Origin: Planctomycetota bacterium
Lineage (GTDB): Bacteria; Planctomycetota; UBA8742; UBA2392
Length of the DNA stretch: 64,000 bases
Direction of reading: 5' to 3'
Assembly (NCBI GenBank): GCA_020845475.1
Contig: JADLFN010000072.1
Coordinates: 2,849 to 66,848 of the forward strand
The notes under the pieces were generated by a model. That model had not been told where the DNA came from and did not search any database. It saw only the letters and a program-made list of their open reading frames with translations. Numbering within the stretch: the first letter of the stretch is position 1; each line of letters starts with the position of its first letter. The translations under genes were made by a program, and so were the position numbers. Below are positions 46,926 through 56,880 of the stretch, piece by piece.

Positions 46926-47405
46926 ATGACAGACTCACTCTACGCGCTCAAGACCAAGACGCTCGATGGCAAGGACTTTGACCTAGGCTCGCTCAAGGGC
47001 AAAGTCACGCTCGTCGTGAACGTCGCCAGCTACTGAGGGCACACGCCGCAATACTCCGGTCTGGAGAAACTGCACGGCGAACTCAAAGCCAAGGGCTTTT
47101 CGGTGCTCGGCGTTCCCTGCAACGACTTTGGCAAACAGGAACCGGGCAGCGCGGCCGAGATCCGCGAGTTCTGCGACACCAAATACAAAGTAACGTTCCC
47201 CCTGCTCGAAAAGCAGCAAACGAAGGAAGGTGCAGGCCAATCGCCGCTCTACGCCTTCTTCAAGCAGCAGAGCGGCGAGCTGCCCAACTGGAACTTCTGC
47301 AAGTATCTCGTGGGCAAAGACGGCAAAGTGGTCAAGTTCTATCAGAGCAAGGTCAAACCGGACGACGCCGACTTGCGCAAGGCCATCGAAGCGGCACTCA
47401 AATAA
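46926..47405 (+). CDS. gpx: glutathione peroxidase with in-frame TGA (putative selenocysteine) at catalytic position
   Basis: MTDSLYALKTKTLDGKDFDLGSLKGKVTLVVNVASY-TGA-GHTPQYSGL...LGVPCNDFGKQEPG...WNFCKYLVGKDG; TGA at 47034-47036 replaces catalytic Cys/Sec; same frame continues as track ORF 47103..47405. Confidence 0.6.
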
Positions 47406-47686
47406 TGGGCATTCACCACGACAACAGCCACGAATTGCGGGACTTCACCGTGGTCATTGACGCGGCTGACGGCTCCTTGATCATCGGCCGCTTCAAGGAG
47501 CAGGACGACACCCACGCTGTGCTGCAGGACGCCGACACACACCAAGAGGGCAAAGGCGGCAAGAGCAACGCGGAGTGGCTGGAAGCCGCGGCCAAATGGG
47601 GTCATTGGCCACGGATCAAGCAGTTGCGCGTGCCGCTGGCGGACATCAAGCAGCTCAGGCGTCTTGGTGATATCGCAAAGGCTTGA
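47405..47686 (+). CDS. hypothetical small protein (93 aa)
   Basis: TAATG overlap with gpx stop; high GC3. Confidence 0.45.
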   Translation: MGIHHDNSHELRDFTVVIDAADGSLIIGRFKEQDDTHAVLQDADTHQEGKGGKSNAEWLEAAAKWGHWPRIKQLRVPLADIKQLRRLGDIAKA

Positions 47687-48260
47687 GCTTGCCGCGATGG
47701 CTCACCCACGCCGTATCCGCCGCCGCAAAGCGCCACAGTGCGTTTCGGTCACGCGGCCTGGCGTAATCCACGCCGATGCGCCGACCGCAAAGCAGGCGTG
47801 CGGGCGCTATGCCTTCAAGCACTTCAAGGTCGCCTCCGCCGAACAACGGCCAGCCTGACATTGACCTATCAAGAGCCAGCGCCTGACCGACCTTGCCGGG
47901 CCCCGTGAGCAGCACCGGGCCCTCAAGGCCGCCTCGGCGCTTGCTCACCAGCGCGTAGCCCTTCACGATTTCACAGGAGCGAATCAGAACAGCTGCGCCG
48001 ACCCCCTCGCGCTCAGTCACGAAATTCAGCATCTGGTGCATGCCGTAGCAGAGATAAACGTAGGCATGGCCGCCCGGGCCGAACATTACTCGCGTTCGGG
48101 GCGTCAAGCCGCGCGCGGCATGGCAGGCGGAATCGCCGGGCAGATACGCTTCCGTTTCGGTGATGCGCAGCGTTACGGGGCCGCGCCGCACCAGCGCCCC
48201 CACCAGCTCGCGCGCGACGGTAATCGTTGGTCGCAGATAGAACTCTTGTGGCAGGTGCAC
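47655..48260 (-). CDS. mpg: DNA-3-methyladenine glycosylase (AAG/Mpg family)
   Basis: LRITETEAYLPGDSACHA...GPGGHAYVYLCYGMH motifs. Confidence 0.85.
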   Translation of the reverse strand: MHLPQEFYLRPTITVARELVGALVRRGPVTLRITETEAYLPGDSACHAARGLTPRTRVMFGPGGHAYVYLCYGMHQMLNFVTEREGVGAAVLIRSCEIVKGYALVSKRRGGLEGPVLLTGPGKVGQALALDRSMSGWPLFGGGDLEVLEGIAPARLLCGRRIGVDYARPRDRNALWRFAAADTAWVSHRGKLKPLRYHQDA

Positions 48261-48261
48261 G

Positions 48262-48912
48262 CTACTCCTTCACGGCGCACCACATGCCGTCTCCTACCGG
48301 CACGATCAGGCCGTGGAGTTCTTTCTTCGTGGCCATGTAATCGTTGAAGGCCTTGATTGCGGGTGTTTCGCGGTCTTCGGGCTTCTTGGCGAAGAGTTCG
48401 CCGAACGCAAATGCGTTGTCCACCATGAACAGGCCGCCCTTGCGCACGATCTTGAGGCAGGCATCGAGATACTTCGGATAGCTCACTTTGTCAGCGTCGA
48501 GAAAACAGGCATCGGCGGAGTCCGCCTTAAACTTCGGCAGCACATCCACACCCGCGCCGACATGAACCTCGACTCGATCTGCCACATCGGACTTCGCGGC
48601 CCACGCCCGTGCGAAATCGGCGTGCTTGGGCAGGTACTCAATCGTGTGCACTTTGCCGCCCTTGGGAAGCGCGCGGGCCATGGCAATTGCCGAATAGCCC
48701 GCAAGCGTGCCGACTTCGATCACGGTCTTGGCGCCGATCAATTTCAAGAGAATCTGCATCAGGCTGGCCTGGTGCCACGAAACGTTGATCGGCGGAATGC
48801 CGGCTTTGCGTGCCTCGATCTTCAGCTCGCGCAAAAACGCGTCCTCGGGGCGGGTGCGCTCGGTGATGTACTTGAAGTGATCTTCCGTAACGAGTGTGGG
48901 GCTGTCGGACAT
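48262..48912 (-). CDS. class I SAM-dependent O-methyltransferase (caffeoyl-CoA OMT-like family)
   Basis: VIEVGTLAGYSA SAM motif; start trimmed to MSDSPTLV. Confidence 0.75.
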   Translation of the reverse strand: MSDSPTLVTEDHFKYITERTRPEDAFLRELKIEARKAGIPPINVSWHQASLMQILLKLIGAKTVIEVGTLAGYSAIAMARALPKGGKVHTIEYLPKHADFARAWAAKSDVADRVEVHVGAGVDVLPKFKADSADACFLDADKVSYPKYLDACLKIVRKGGLFMVDNAFAFGELFAKKPEDRETPAIKAFNDYMATKKELHGLIVPVGDGMWCAVKE

Positions 48913-48939
48913 GGCGATCTCCTTGGCCGCGCATCCTAT

Positions 48940-48967
48940 GTAGGGACGACGCATATGTCGCCCCTAC
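48940..48967. repeat. palindrome GTAGGGACGACGCATATGTCGCCCCTAC (REP-like copy 4)
   Basis: between methyltransferase start and phosphatidyltransferase stop. Confidence 0.75.
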
Positions 48968-49551
48968 TCACGCCGCATCGCGGTTGCGCGCCAGGCATAT
49001 TGGACCACTGAAAGCGCACCCAGCACCGCCGCCAGCCACGCCCACGGCACAACGTTGCCGCCAACCATCAGGACACACAGTGCAATGAACTGTGCCAGCG
49101 TCGTGGCCTTGCCCAAATAAGCAGCCTTGAAGTTGTAACGCCTGCCGTGCCCCAACCCCAGCAGCAGTGCCATCAGCGGAAGCTGGAGAATCTCGCGCAG
49201 CGCGATCAGCACAACGATCAGCGTCTGAGGCTGCCACTGCCAGACCAGCGCGGCTGCGACCGAGAGGATGAACACTTTGTCGCACAGCGGGTCAAGCCAC
49301 GCCCCGCGGCCCTCGACTTTCAGCCGCCGGGCAATGGCGCCGTCAAGCAAGTCAGTGATGGCGGCAACGACCATCAGCGAGAACAAAGGCAAAGGCCAAG
49401 CGGCAAGCAGCCACGCCAGCGCCCCCATCGGCACACGCGAAAGTGTCAGTGTGTCAGGCAACCACCAGAGGAAGGGGCGCGGCTCAGTCACCAAAGCATC
49501 GTAGCGTGGCACGGGCGAGGACGCCCGCAACACAAGGGCGAGGACGCCCAT
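48964..49551 (-). CDS. CDP-alcohol phosphatidyltransferase family protein
   Basis: DLLDGAIARR...GAWLDPLCDKV signature; track ORF N-terminus overlaps tRNA so start trimmed to MGVLAL. Confidence 0.7.
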   Translation of the reverse strand: MGVLALVLRASSPVPRYDALVTEPRPFLWWLPDTLTLSRVPMGALAWLLAAWPLPLFSLMVVAAITDLLDGAIARRLKVEGRGAWLDPLCDKVFILSVAAALVWQWQPQTLIVVLIALREILQLPLMALLLGLGHGRRYNFKAAYLGKATTLAQFIALCVLMVGGNVVPWAWLAAVLGALSVVQYAWRATAMRRE

Positions 49552-49634
49552 GCCACAAGAGTTTTCCCCAAACACGAAAGTGTGGCCTGCCAGACGAAGC
49601 TCGCAATCGGCTTTGCCGATTGCGAGGCGAAGTA

Positions 49635-49710
49635 TGGTGGGCGTAGAGGGATTCGAACCCCCAACATCCTGCGTGTAAGGCAGGCGCTCTAACCGTTGAG
49701 CTATACGCCC
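49635..49710 (-). tRNA. tRNA-Val (anticodon TAC), CCA encoded
   Basis: revcomp GGGCGTATAGCTCAACGGTTAGAGCGCCTGCCTTACACGCAGGATGTTGGGGGTTCGAATCCCTCTACGCCCACCA; cloverleaf with GTTCGAATC T-loop; anticodon loop CTTACAC. Confidence 0.85.
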
Positions 49711-49765
49711 CTTGAAGAATGCAAAATTCAAAATTCAAAATGCAAAAGTGGAAGGAGGGAGCGGC

Positions 49766-51112
49766 CTACTTTCGGTGCAATTCCAACAAGAGCAGTTCGG
49801 CCGCCTTTAGCAGGCGTGGGTCCGTGCTCGTGGTGCAAAGCGGCAGAAGGTTCTCGCGCGTGGCCTTTTTGTATTGCGCGATGTGCTCGGCGCCCTTGCC
49901 TGACTTAGGCAGCGAGCGCAGGTTATGCACTCGATCGCAGATTTTTACGGCGCGCAGCCAGCTTGGTGCTCCCCTCAGGCCTTCGTAGTAGCGGCGCAGG
50001 CCCAACTCCTTGGGCGTGCCATCTCGCTTGTACATTTTCGTCAGCGTCACGGCCGCCTCGGCCACCACGGGCCCGAACCTGTCCTCGATGTCCTTGGGCG
50101 TGGTGGGCAGGTGGTCTTCGAGAACATCGTGCAGAAGCGCCGATATCACTTCTTCGCGTCCGCGCATTTTGCATTCCTCAACCGCAATCAGCGCTACCTC
50201 CAACGGGTGCGTGGCGTAGGGCGTGCCTTCGTCGCGCGTCTGGCCGGCGTGCGCTCGATACATGACCTCAAGCGCGCGCGTGACGTCACGCTTGATCGCG
50301 GCATCAATCTGCCGCAGCAGACGTTCTTCAAGCGCAAGGCAGCCTTCAGGGCGGGAGATTTTCAGTTCCGGCTCGTGTTCTTCGGCCATGCGCGCGGCCA
50401 CTTCTTTCTGCGTAAGCCTGCCCGTTGTGGGCGAGCCGCCTTTCTTGTGGTGGCGCTCCTCCATCACGCGGCGCAGGTCTTCGAGGCTGATCTCGCGCTG
50501 CACCATCAGCACCATCAGGTGGTAAACGAGGTCGCACATCTCCCCGACCAGCGCGGCCCTGTCTTCACCCTTGGCGGCGATAATCGTTTCCGTCGCTTCC
50601 TCGCCGAGTTTCTTGAGGATCTTGTCGATGCCTGCCTTGAAAAGGTATGTGCTGTAGCTGCCCTCGGGCATTTCCTGCTTGCGCGTCTGTAGCAGCGTGC
50701 GCACCTGCTCCATCAATTCGCCCAGCCGCGCGCCGAAGCCAACTTGCTGCTCGGGTTTGGCAGCCTCCGCCAACACAGCTTCGCTGCGGTGAATCGTCGT
50801 GAAGAAGCAGTCGTTCTCGCCGGTATGGCAGGCGGGACCGGCCGGAATCACGCGTGCGACAAGCGCGTCGCCATCGCAGTCAAGGCGCATTTCGGCTACG
50901 CGCATGGTGTTGCCGGAAGTTTCGCCCTTGCGCCAGAGTTCCTTGCGCGAGCGAGACCAGAACACGATCTGGCCTGTGCGCAGCGTTTCGGCGAAGGACT
51001 CCGCGTTCATGTAGGCAAGCGTGAGCACTTCGCCCGTAGCCGCGTTCTGCAGCACGCACGGCAAAAGCCCGTTCTTGTCCCACTTTATGCCCTTGGCGGG
51101 ATCTTCGTTCAT
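49766..51112 (-). CDS. hisIE: tri-domain fusion: phosphoribosyl-AMP cyclohydrolase (HisI) / phosphoribosyl-ATP pyrophosphatase (HisE) / SpoT-RelA-type HD hydrolase domain
   Basis: HisI: [14 protein letters not shown]...ETSGNTM...CDGDAL; HisE: [12 protein letters not shown]; C-terminal HD: [20 protein letters not shown]...[10 protein letters not shown]...[12 protein letters not shown]; ATGA overlap with hisF stop. Confidence 0.75.
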   Translation of the reverse strand: MNEDPAKGIKWDKNGLLPCVLQNAATGEVLTLAYMNAESFAETLRTGQIVFWSRSRKELWRKGETSGNTMRVAEMRLDCDGDALVARVIPAGPACHTGENDCFFTTIHRSEAVLAEAAKPEQQVGFGARLGELMEQVRTLLQTRKQEMPEGSYSTYLFKAGIDKILKKLGEEATETIIAAKGEDRAALVGEMCDLVYHLMVLMVQREISLEDLRRVMEERHHKKGGSPTTGRLTQKEVAARMAEEHEPELKISRPEGCLALEERLLRQIDAAIKRDVTRALEVMYRAHAGQTRDEGTPYATHPLEVALIAVEECKMRGREEVISALLHDVLEDHLPTTPKDIEDRFGPVVAEAAVTLTKMYKRDGTPKELGLRRYYEGLRGAPSWLRAVKICDRVHNLRSLPKSGKGAEHIAQYKKATRENLLPLCTTSTDPRLLKAAELLLLELHRK

Positions 51113-51879
51113 GACACCAGCTCCTCGGCGGGCCGCATGTTGATGCCGTGTGTGCGCATGAATTCCTTGGCCTGGCGCACCGTGTATTTGCCGAAGTGGA
51201 ACATGCCCGCGGCAAGCACCGCCGAAGCGCCCGCCTCCAGACCTTCGCACAAATGCTCAAGCGTGCCCGCGCCGCCTGACGCAATGACGGGCAGCTTCAC
51301 GATCTGCGAAGCTCGACGCGTCAAGTCCAGGTCGAAGCCGTTCCCGGTGCCGTCGCGGTCCATGCTCGTAAGCAGGATTTCGCCCGCGCCGAGCGCGGCC
51401 GCCGACCGGATCCAATCCAATGCGTTACGGCCGGTATCGGTGCGGCCGCCGTCAACGAACGTGTTCCATGATGCGCCGACTTTGCGCGCATCCACGGCCA
51501 GCACTACGGCCTGAACACCAAAACGATTTGCGCACTCGGAGATCAGTTCCGGCCGTCGCACGGCCGCGCTGTTGATGGCGACTTTGTCGGCGCCGGCGCG
51601 AAGCAGCGCCTCGAAGTCCGCCACAGTGCGCACGCCGCCACCGATGGTGAACGGAATCGAAAGCTCCTGCGCACAGCGGCGCGCAAGTTCAATGGCGGTG
51701 TTGCGTTTTTCGTGGCCGGCGGTGATGTCGAGGAACACCAACTCGTCGGCTTCCTCGGCGTCGTAGCGCAGCGCGCACTCCACGGGATCGCCCGCGTCGC
51801 GCAAGCCGACGAAATTGACGCCCTTGACGACGCGGCCGTCTTTGACGTCAAGGCAAACAATCAATCGCTTGGCCAACAT
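51109..51879 (-). CDS. hisF: imidazole glycerol phosphate synthase cyclase subunit
   Basis: [20 protein letters not shown]... canonical HisF; start trimmed. Confidence 0.9.
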   Translation of the reverse strand: MLAKRLIVCLDVKDGRVVKGVNFVGLRDAGDPVECALRYDAEEADELVFLDITAGHEKRNTAIELARRCAQELSIPFTIGGGVRTVADFEALLRAGADKVAINSAAVRRPELISECANRFGVQAVVLAVDARKVGASWNTFVDGGRTDTGRNALDWIRSAAALGAGEILLTSMDRDGTGNGFDLDLTRRASQIVKLPVIASGGAGTLEHLCEGLEAGASAVLAAGMFHFGKYTVRQAKEFMRTHGINMRPAEELVS

Positions 51880-51895
51880 GCTGCCCGCCTGTCTG

Positions 51896-52669
51896 CTACT
51901 TACGTTCTTTGAGCCCCGCCGCCGCAGCTTCCAACGCCTGCGCGTAGGTAAACGTGCCTGAGGCCAGTGCCTTGCCGACCAGCGCCCCGGTAACACCTTT
52001 GATTGCCGCACACGCCCTGATGTCGGCGAGCTGATTGACGCCCCCGGCGATAATCACTTCGACGCCCAGTTCACCCATGCGCTTGGCGGGATCGAGTACG
52101 AGTCCGCCGCCGGCGTCGCTTTGCACGTCCTGGTAAATGAACGCTTTCACGCCGGCGGTTTTCATGTGGCGCGCGAGTTCTTCCACGCGCATCTCTTTGA
52201 CCTTGACCCACTCCTGGCTTACACACATGCCGTTCTTTCCATCGATGGCGGCAACCACCGCGTCCGCGTTCAGTTTCACCGCGTTACGCACGAGTTCGGG
52301 GTTGCGCATAGCTGCGTTGCCCAGTGCCACGCGCTTGATGCCCAATGAAAGCACTTTCATGATGCTATTTAGATCGCGCAATCCGCCGCCGAACATAAGG
52401 GGCGTCTTCACACCCTTGGCGATTTCCGCAATCACCTCAAGGTTCTTGTTCGCCCCGGCGAGCACACTGCCGGAGTGTTCGCTTTCGCCCACCAAAAACG
52501 GCCCGTCGAGATTGACGAGGTGAATCAAAGGCGCCCCGGCCTTCTCGTACTCCTTGGCCAGCCTGACGGCATCGACGCGATTGGCGCGTGTGCCCATGCC
52601 GAGGTTCTCGTAGCGCAGTCCCATGCCGCCGCGCAATTCGATCGCTGGGTAAACGTTGAATGTGCTCAT
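51896..52669 (-). CDS. hisA: HisA-family (beta/alpha)8 isomerase, divergent second copy
   Basis: [15 protein letters not shown]... and HisA-like phosphate-binding motifs; tandem to canonical hisA. Confidence 0.7.
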   Translation of the reverse strand: MSTFNVYPAIELRGGMGLRYENLGMGTRANRVDAVRLAKEYEKAGAPLIHLVNLDGPFLVGESEHSGSVLAGANKNLEVIAEIAKGVKTPLMFGGGLRDLNSIMKVLSLGIKRVALGNAAMRNPELVRNAVKLNADAVVAAIDGKNGMCVSQEWVKVKEMRVEELARHMKTAGVKAFIYQDVQSDAGGGLVLDPAKRMGELGVEVIIAGGVNQLADIRACAAIKGVTGALVGKALASGTFTYAQALEAAAAGLKERK

Positions 52670-52671
52670 GC

Positions 52672-53394
52672 CTATTTCCTGTTGAATGCCAGTGCTTCTC
52701 TTAGTGTAAATCGCCGCTCGTATAAAGCTTTACCTACAATCAAGCCTTCCGCGCCCGATTCGGCCGCGGCCTTGATGTGCTCCAGGCTGCCCACGCCGCC
52801 GGAAAGAATGACTTTTGCGCCCATCTCGCACAGGCGTTTGCCACCCTCCACATCGGGGCCGACCATCATGCCGTCACGCGCGATGTCCGTGTAAATGAAG
52901 CGCTCAACCCCAATATCCATCATCTGTTTCACCAGGAAATCCGCGCGCACGCCTGTGGTTTCGACCCAGCCCTCGATGGCCACTTTGCCATTGCGCGCGT
53001 CAATACCCACGGCGATGCGATCCGCCCCGTACTTCTTTACGGCTTCTGCCACCACTTCAGGCTTGCGCAGCGCAACCGTGCCCAGCACCACGCGCGCCGC
53101 GCCGGCCGCCATTGCGAACAGTATCCCGGTGGCGTCGCGCATGCCGCCACCGAACTGCACCAGCATGTGGGCCTTTTCAAGGATCTTGCCCATCTTGGTG
53201 TAGTTGCGCTGGGCATCGCCAAAGGCGCCGTCAAGATTGACCACGTGAATCCAGAGTGCACCCTGTTCGCGAAAGCCCTGCGCCACGGCCACGGGATCAT
53301 CGGCATAGACGGTGACCTGCGAGGCTTCGCCCTGCTGCAACCGGACGACCTTGCCCTTGCGCAGATCAATGGCCGGATAAACGGTGAATGTCAT
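52672..53394 (-). CDS. hisA: 1-(5-phosphoribosyl)-5-[(5-phosphoribosylamino)methylideneamino]imidazole-4-carboxamide isomerase
   Basis: [19 protein letters not shown]... canonical HisA; ATGA overlap with hisH stop. Confidence 0.85.
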   Translation of the reverse strand: MTFTVYPAIDLRKGKVVRLQQGEASQVTVYADDPVAVAQGFREQGALWIHVVNLDGAFGDAQRNYTKMGKILEKAHMLVQFGGGMRDATGILFAMAAGAARVVLGTVALRKPEVVAEAVKKYGADRIAVGIDARNGKVAIEGWVETTGVRADFLVKQMMDIGVERFIYTDIARDGMMVGPDVEGGKRLCEMGAKVILSGGVGSLEHIKAAAESGAEGLIVGKALYERRFTLREALAFNRK

Positions 53395-53999
53395 GCTTGC
53401 CCCAGGAAATTGCGCAACAGACGCTGCCCCGCGCGCTGGCTCTTTTCAGGATGCGCCTGCACCCCCCACACGTTTTCGCGCCGCATCACGCTGCAGAACG
53501 TCTCGCCGTACTCCGTCGTCGCCAGCACATCGGCCGCAACGCGCGGCACGCAAACATAGCTGTGCACGAAGTACAGGTAGCGGCCGTTCACACCCTCAAG
53601 CAGCGGGTCTGGCCGCGTCGCCTTGATCGAATTGAATCCCATGTGCGGCACGCTTTGCCCTTGCGCATCCATGGCGCGAACGCGACCTGGCACCAGGCCG
53701 AGCCCCTGGGTCAGTTCAAACTCGTCGCCCTCGTCCAGCATCAGTTGCATGCCCAGGCACACGCCGAGCACCGGCTTGCCCTTGGCCGAAAAGCGCGTAA
53801 TCGCTTCACACAAGCCGCGCGCTTGAAGCGATTTCATGCCGGCGGGAAAGCTGCCCACTCCGGGCAGGACAAGACGCGAGGCCTGGGCAATGTCAGCCGC
53901 CTTTGTCGCCACCGACACCTCGCCGCCTGCGCGCTCAAGCGCGCGTGCGATCGAGGCCAGGTTGCAGATGCCGGAATCAATGATGGTGACGGCAGGCAT
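53391..53999 (-). CDS. hisH: imidazole glycerol phosphate synthase glutamine amidotransferase subunit
   Basis: C-terminal 202 aa of track ORF 53391..55202: [13 protein letters not shown]...GVCLGMQ...HSY.. class-I GATase triad; upstream part of that ORF is antisense to DUF444 gene. Confidence 0.85.
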   Translation of the reverse strand: MPAVTIIDSGICNLASIARALERAGGEVSVATKAADIAQASRLVLPGVGSFPAGMKSLQARGLCEAITRFSAKGKPVLGVCLGMQLMLDEGDEFELTQGLGLVPGRVRAMDAQGQSVPHMGFNSIKATRPDPLLEGVNGRYLYFVHSYVCVPRVAADVLATTEYGETFCSVMRRENVWGVQAHPEKSQRAGQRLLRNFLGQA

Positions 54000-54065
54000 G
54001 AGGTTGCGAAGTGTAGCGAGAATCAACCTGCTGCCAACGCACCAGCGCGCGGCTACAATAACTCC

Positions 54066-55175
54066 ATGGCCACGCAGCACAAAATTGAGGGTGACCACTC
54101 GCGCTTCCGCCAGATTGTGCGCGGCAAGATCCGCAAGGAGCTGCGCAAGTTCATCACCAAAGGCGAACTGGTGGCGCGCAAGGGCAAGGGCACGGTCAGC
54201 ATTCCCTTGCCGCAGATTGACATTCCGCGCTTTCGCTTTGGGCAGAAGCAGACCGGCGGCGTGGGCCAGGGAGAGGGTGAAATCGGGCAATCGCTCGGCT
54301 CCGACGGCGAGCCCTCCACGGGCGAGGCGGGTGACAAGCCCGGCGACCACGTTCTGGAAGTGGATGTTTCGCTCAAGGAACTCGCGGAGATTCTGGGCGA
54401 GGAACTGGAACTCCCGAACATCCAGCCCAAGGGCAAACACACGGTGCTGACCGAGCGCTCGCGCTACGTGGGCATTCGCAACGTTGGCCCGGAATCGCTG
54501 CGCCATTTCAAGCGCACGTTCAAGCATGCGCTGCTGCGCCAGATTGCCAGCGGCATCTACGATCCGCTCAACCCGGTGATCATTCCCGAGCGCCAGGACA
54601 AACGCTTCCGCAGCTGGGAAGTGCGCCCCGTTCCGGAAAACAGCGCCGTCATCGTTTACATGATGGACGTGTCCGGCAGCATGGGCGAGGAACAAAAGGA
54701 GATTGTGCGCATCGAGAGCTTCTGGATCGATACGTGGCTGCGATCGCAGTACAAAAACATCCAGAGCGTTTACATCGTGCACGACGCCGAGGCTAAAGAG
54801 GTGGACGAGCACACGTTCTTTCATTTGCGTGAGAGCGGCGGCACAAAGATCAGCAGCGCATACAGGTTGTGTGTGCAGTTGATCAAAGAACGGTTCAACC
54901 CCGCGGAGTGGAACATTTATCCGTTCCATTTCTCTGACGGCGATAACTGGGGCGCGGATGACACAGAGGAATGCTTCCGCGTGCTTGATGGCGAATTGCT
55001 GCCGGCCAGCAACATGTTCTGCTATGGCCAGGTGCGCAGCGCCTACGGCAGCGGAAAGTTCAAGGACGACCTCGATGGCCGCTACGCGGCCGATGATCGC
55101 GTGATCACTAGCGACATCGCCAGCGTTGAGGGCATCCTGACCTCGATTCGCGATTTCCTTGGCAAAGGCCGATAG
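54066..55175 (+). CDS. DUF444 (YeaH/YhbH) family protein
   Basis: [31 protein letters not shown]-terminus and vWA-like region typical of YeaH. Confidence 0.7.
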   Translation: MATQHKIEGDHSRFRQIVRGKIRKELRKFITKGELVARKGKGTVSIPLPQIDIPRFRFGQKQTGGVGQGEGEIGQSLGSDGEPSTGEAGDKPGDHVLEVDVSLKELAEILGEELELPNIQPKGKHTVLTERSRYVGIRNVGPESLRHFKRTFKHALLRQIASGIYDPLNPVIIPERQDKRFRSWEVRPVPENSAVIVYMMDVSGSMGEEQKEIVRIESFWIDTWLRSQYKNIQSVYIVHDAEAKEVDEHTFFHLRESGGTKISSAYRLCVQLIKERFNPAEWNIYPFHFSDGDNWGADDTEECFRVLDGELLPASNMFCYGQVRSAYGSGKFKDDLDGRYAADDRVITSDIASVEGILTSIRDFLGKGR

Positions 55176-55232
55176 GCGATTCAAATGAAACCGGCCCCGC
55201 ATTGCGGGGCCGGTTCGCTTACGCAGACCTTG

Positions 55233-56777
55233 CTAGTCGTCGTGGTCGTCGCCGGTGAACACGGGCACCGGGCGCTTCACGCCATCTGTGGCACGCTTGA
55301 GGAACAAGAGAGCGTAACAGGTGTTGTAAATGTGCGCGGGCTCCACTTCGTTGCCCACTTTCGTCCAGCCGCCGTCGGCGTCCTGCTGTTCGAGCATCAC
55401 TAAGGCACCTTCGTAGTACCAGTCGTGCTTGCCGATGTAGTCCAGGCCGCCCAACATGGCCAGGCGTTCGAGCGCGTAAAGGTAGTAGTAGAAGCGATAC
55501 ATGCCGCGCGCAGGATTGTTCTTCACGCTCCAGTTGGCGACCATCCACGCCAAACCGTCAGCGATGGCCTGGTTACACTTGGCGTCCATGTCCTTGGTGT
55601 ACTTGGACGCCATGGTCGGGTCGTCGATTAATTCATCGCGAAGCACGGTCAGGCCGCAGATGCCGGCGCAGGTCATGCTGCCATAAGAGATTTCGTCTCC
55701 CTTGGCATGGATGTCTTTACGGCAATAACCCCAGCCACGGGCGCGATCCTTGGCCTTGGGCTTGTACTCGCGCACCTTGGTGCCTTTGTCCGGATCCTTC
55801 TTGGGCTTTTCTTCTTCCTTCTTTTCCTCTTCGCCTTCTTTCTTTTCTTCACGGGCCACGGCCGGGCCGTCCTTGTCCTGTTCGGCCAAGAAGAACTTGT
55901 AGGCATCAACCAGACAGTCTTTCTTGTAAGCAATGCCCAGACGGCTTGCGGCGCCAAAGCCCAGCATCGCGTACTGCGTGGCCGAGACGTCAATCTTGGG
56001 GCCGGGGTTGCCATCGGGGTTGTTGTAACGCCAGCCGCCCGTTCCGTAGGCGCCCTTCTGGAAGGCTTCAATCAGCGCTTTGGTGGCGCGCTCAGCGAGC
56101 TTGCGATCCTTGGGGTCGAGTGTGAGCTTGCGGTCCTTCTTCTTCTTCTTGGCGCCTTTCTCTTCGGTGCCCCAGCGCGTGATCGGAATCGGCTTGCCGT
56201 TGGCGTCCTTCATCACCTTGCCATCGGCGTCGCGCTTGACGCGGTTCTTGGGGTTGTCGAGCTTTGCGTCAATGGCCTCCCACTTGGAGATGTAATAGGC
56301 CTCAATCGCGTTGACGACGCAGGCATTCTCGTAGGTGCACCAGCTCGGGTTCGGAGCCGGGGGCTGCGGCGCCCACGCCTCGTAATTCTTGCGCAGCCAG
56401 TTCATCGCTTTTTCAATGGCGGGGTCATCAGCAAACACGCCGGATTTGCACAACGCCCAAATCGGGAATGCGCTGCGGCCCACTTCATACTTGTGGGGCG
56501 TTCCGCCGCCGTAGGTCGGGTTGGTGCCGTCTGGCCAAAGCCCGTTCTCCAACTGCTGCTTCTTGAGCCAGTCACAGCCGCGCTCGACGGCGTCTTCGAC
56601 TTTGCCCTCGAAAGAGCCCGGCGCGGCCTGGAAATCGAGCTCTGAAACGTCGGCCACCTCGGGCGCGCGCGCCTTGGGCGCTTCCTGGGGTTCAGCAGCC
56701 GACGTCGGCCGCGTCACCGCAAGAACGGCCAAAGCTACGGCGCATGCCGCAATAAGCTTTCGCATGGAATACCTCAT
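55233..56777 (-). CDS. secreted protein with prenyltransferase/squalene-oxidase-like (alpha-alpha toroid) repeats and Lys/Glu-rich insert
   Basis: signal peptide; repeat motifs around GGW/WGY...; alternative start MRKLIAAC 12 nt inside. Confidence 0.55.
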   Translation of the reverse strand: MRYSMRKLIAACAVALAVLAVTRPTSAAEPQEAPKARAPEVADVSELDFQAAPGSFEGKVEDAVERGCDWLKKQQLENGLWPDGTNPTYGGGTPHKYEVGRSAFPIWALCKSGVFADDPAIEKAMNWLRKNYEAWAPQPPAPNPSWCTYENACVVNAIEAYYISKWEAIDAKLDNPKNRVKRDADGKVMKDANGKPIPITRWGTEEKGAKKKKKDRKLTLDPKDRKLAERATKALIEAFQKGAYGTGGWRYNNPDGNPGPKIDVSATQYAMLGFGAASRLGIAYKKDCLVDAYKFFLAEQDKDGPAVAREEKKEGEEEKKEEEKPKKDPDKGTKVREYKPKAKDRARGWGYCRKDIHAKGDEISYGSMTCAGICGLTVLRDELIDDPTMASKYTKDMDAKCNQAIADGLAWMVANWSVKNNPARGMYRFYYYLYALERLAMLGGLDYIGKHDWYYEGALVMLEQQDADGGWTKVGNEVEPAHIYNTCYALLFLKRATDGVKRPVPVFTGDDHDD

Positions 56778-56880
56778 CAGTGTCAGAAAAGGCTAGCCCA
56801 GCCCGTGTACCAGAATACGACGGATACTGACCGAATTCCCTCAAAAAACTGTCACGAAGCAGTCAGCGCCGGTTTTCAGG

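Noticed and set aside
47342-47605. 87-aa minus-strand ORF
   Set aside because: Antisense to the plus-strand small ORF 47405..47686, which has higher GC3 and a TAATG junction with gpx.
49710-49760. A/T-rich CAAAATT repeats next to tRNA-Val
   Set aside because: Probably the tRNA promoter/UP-element region, not an independent repeat family; too short to call.
51113-51250. Upstream 46 codons of the hisIE-HD ORF
   Set aside because: Overlaps hisF in another frame; the internal ATG forms a classic ATGA overlap with the hisF stop.
54000-55202. N-terminal 400 aa of the 603-aa minus-strand track ORF 53391..55202
   Set aside because: Only the last 202 aa (hisH) show family similarity; the upstream portion is antisense to the DUF444 gene (54066..55175), which has a recognisable N-terminus.
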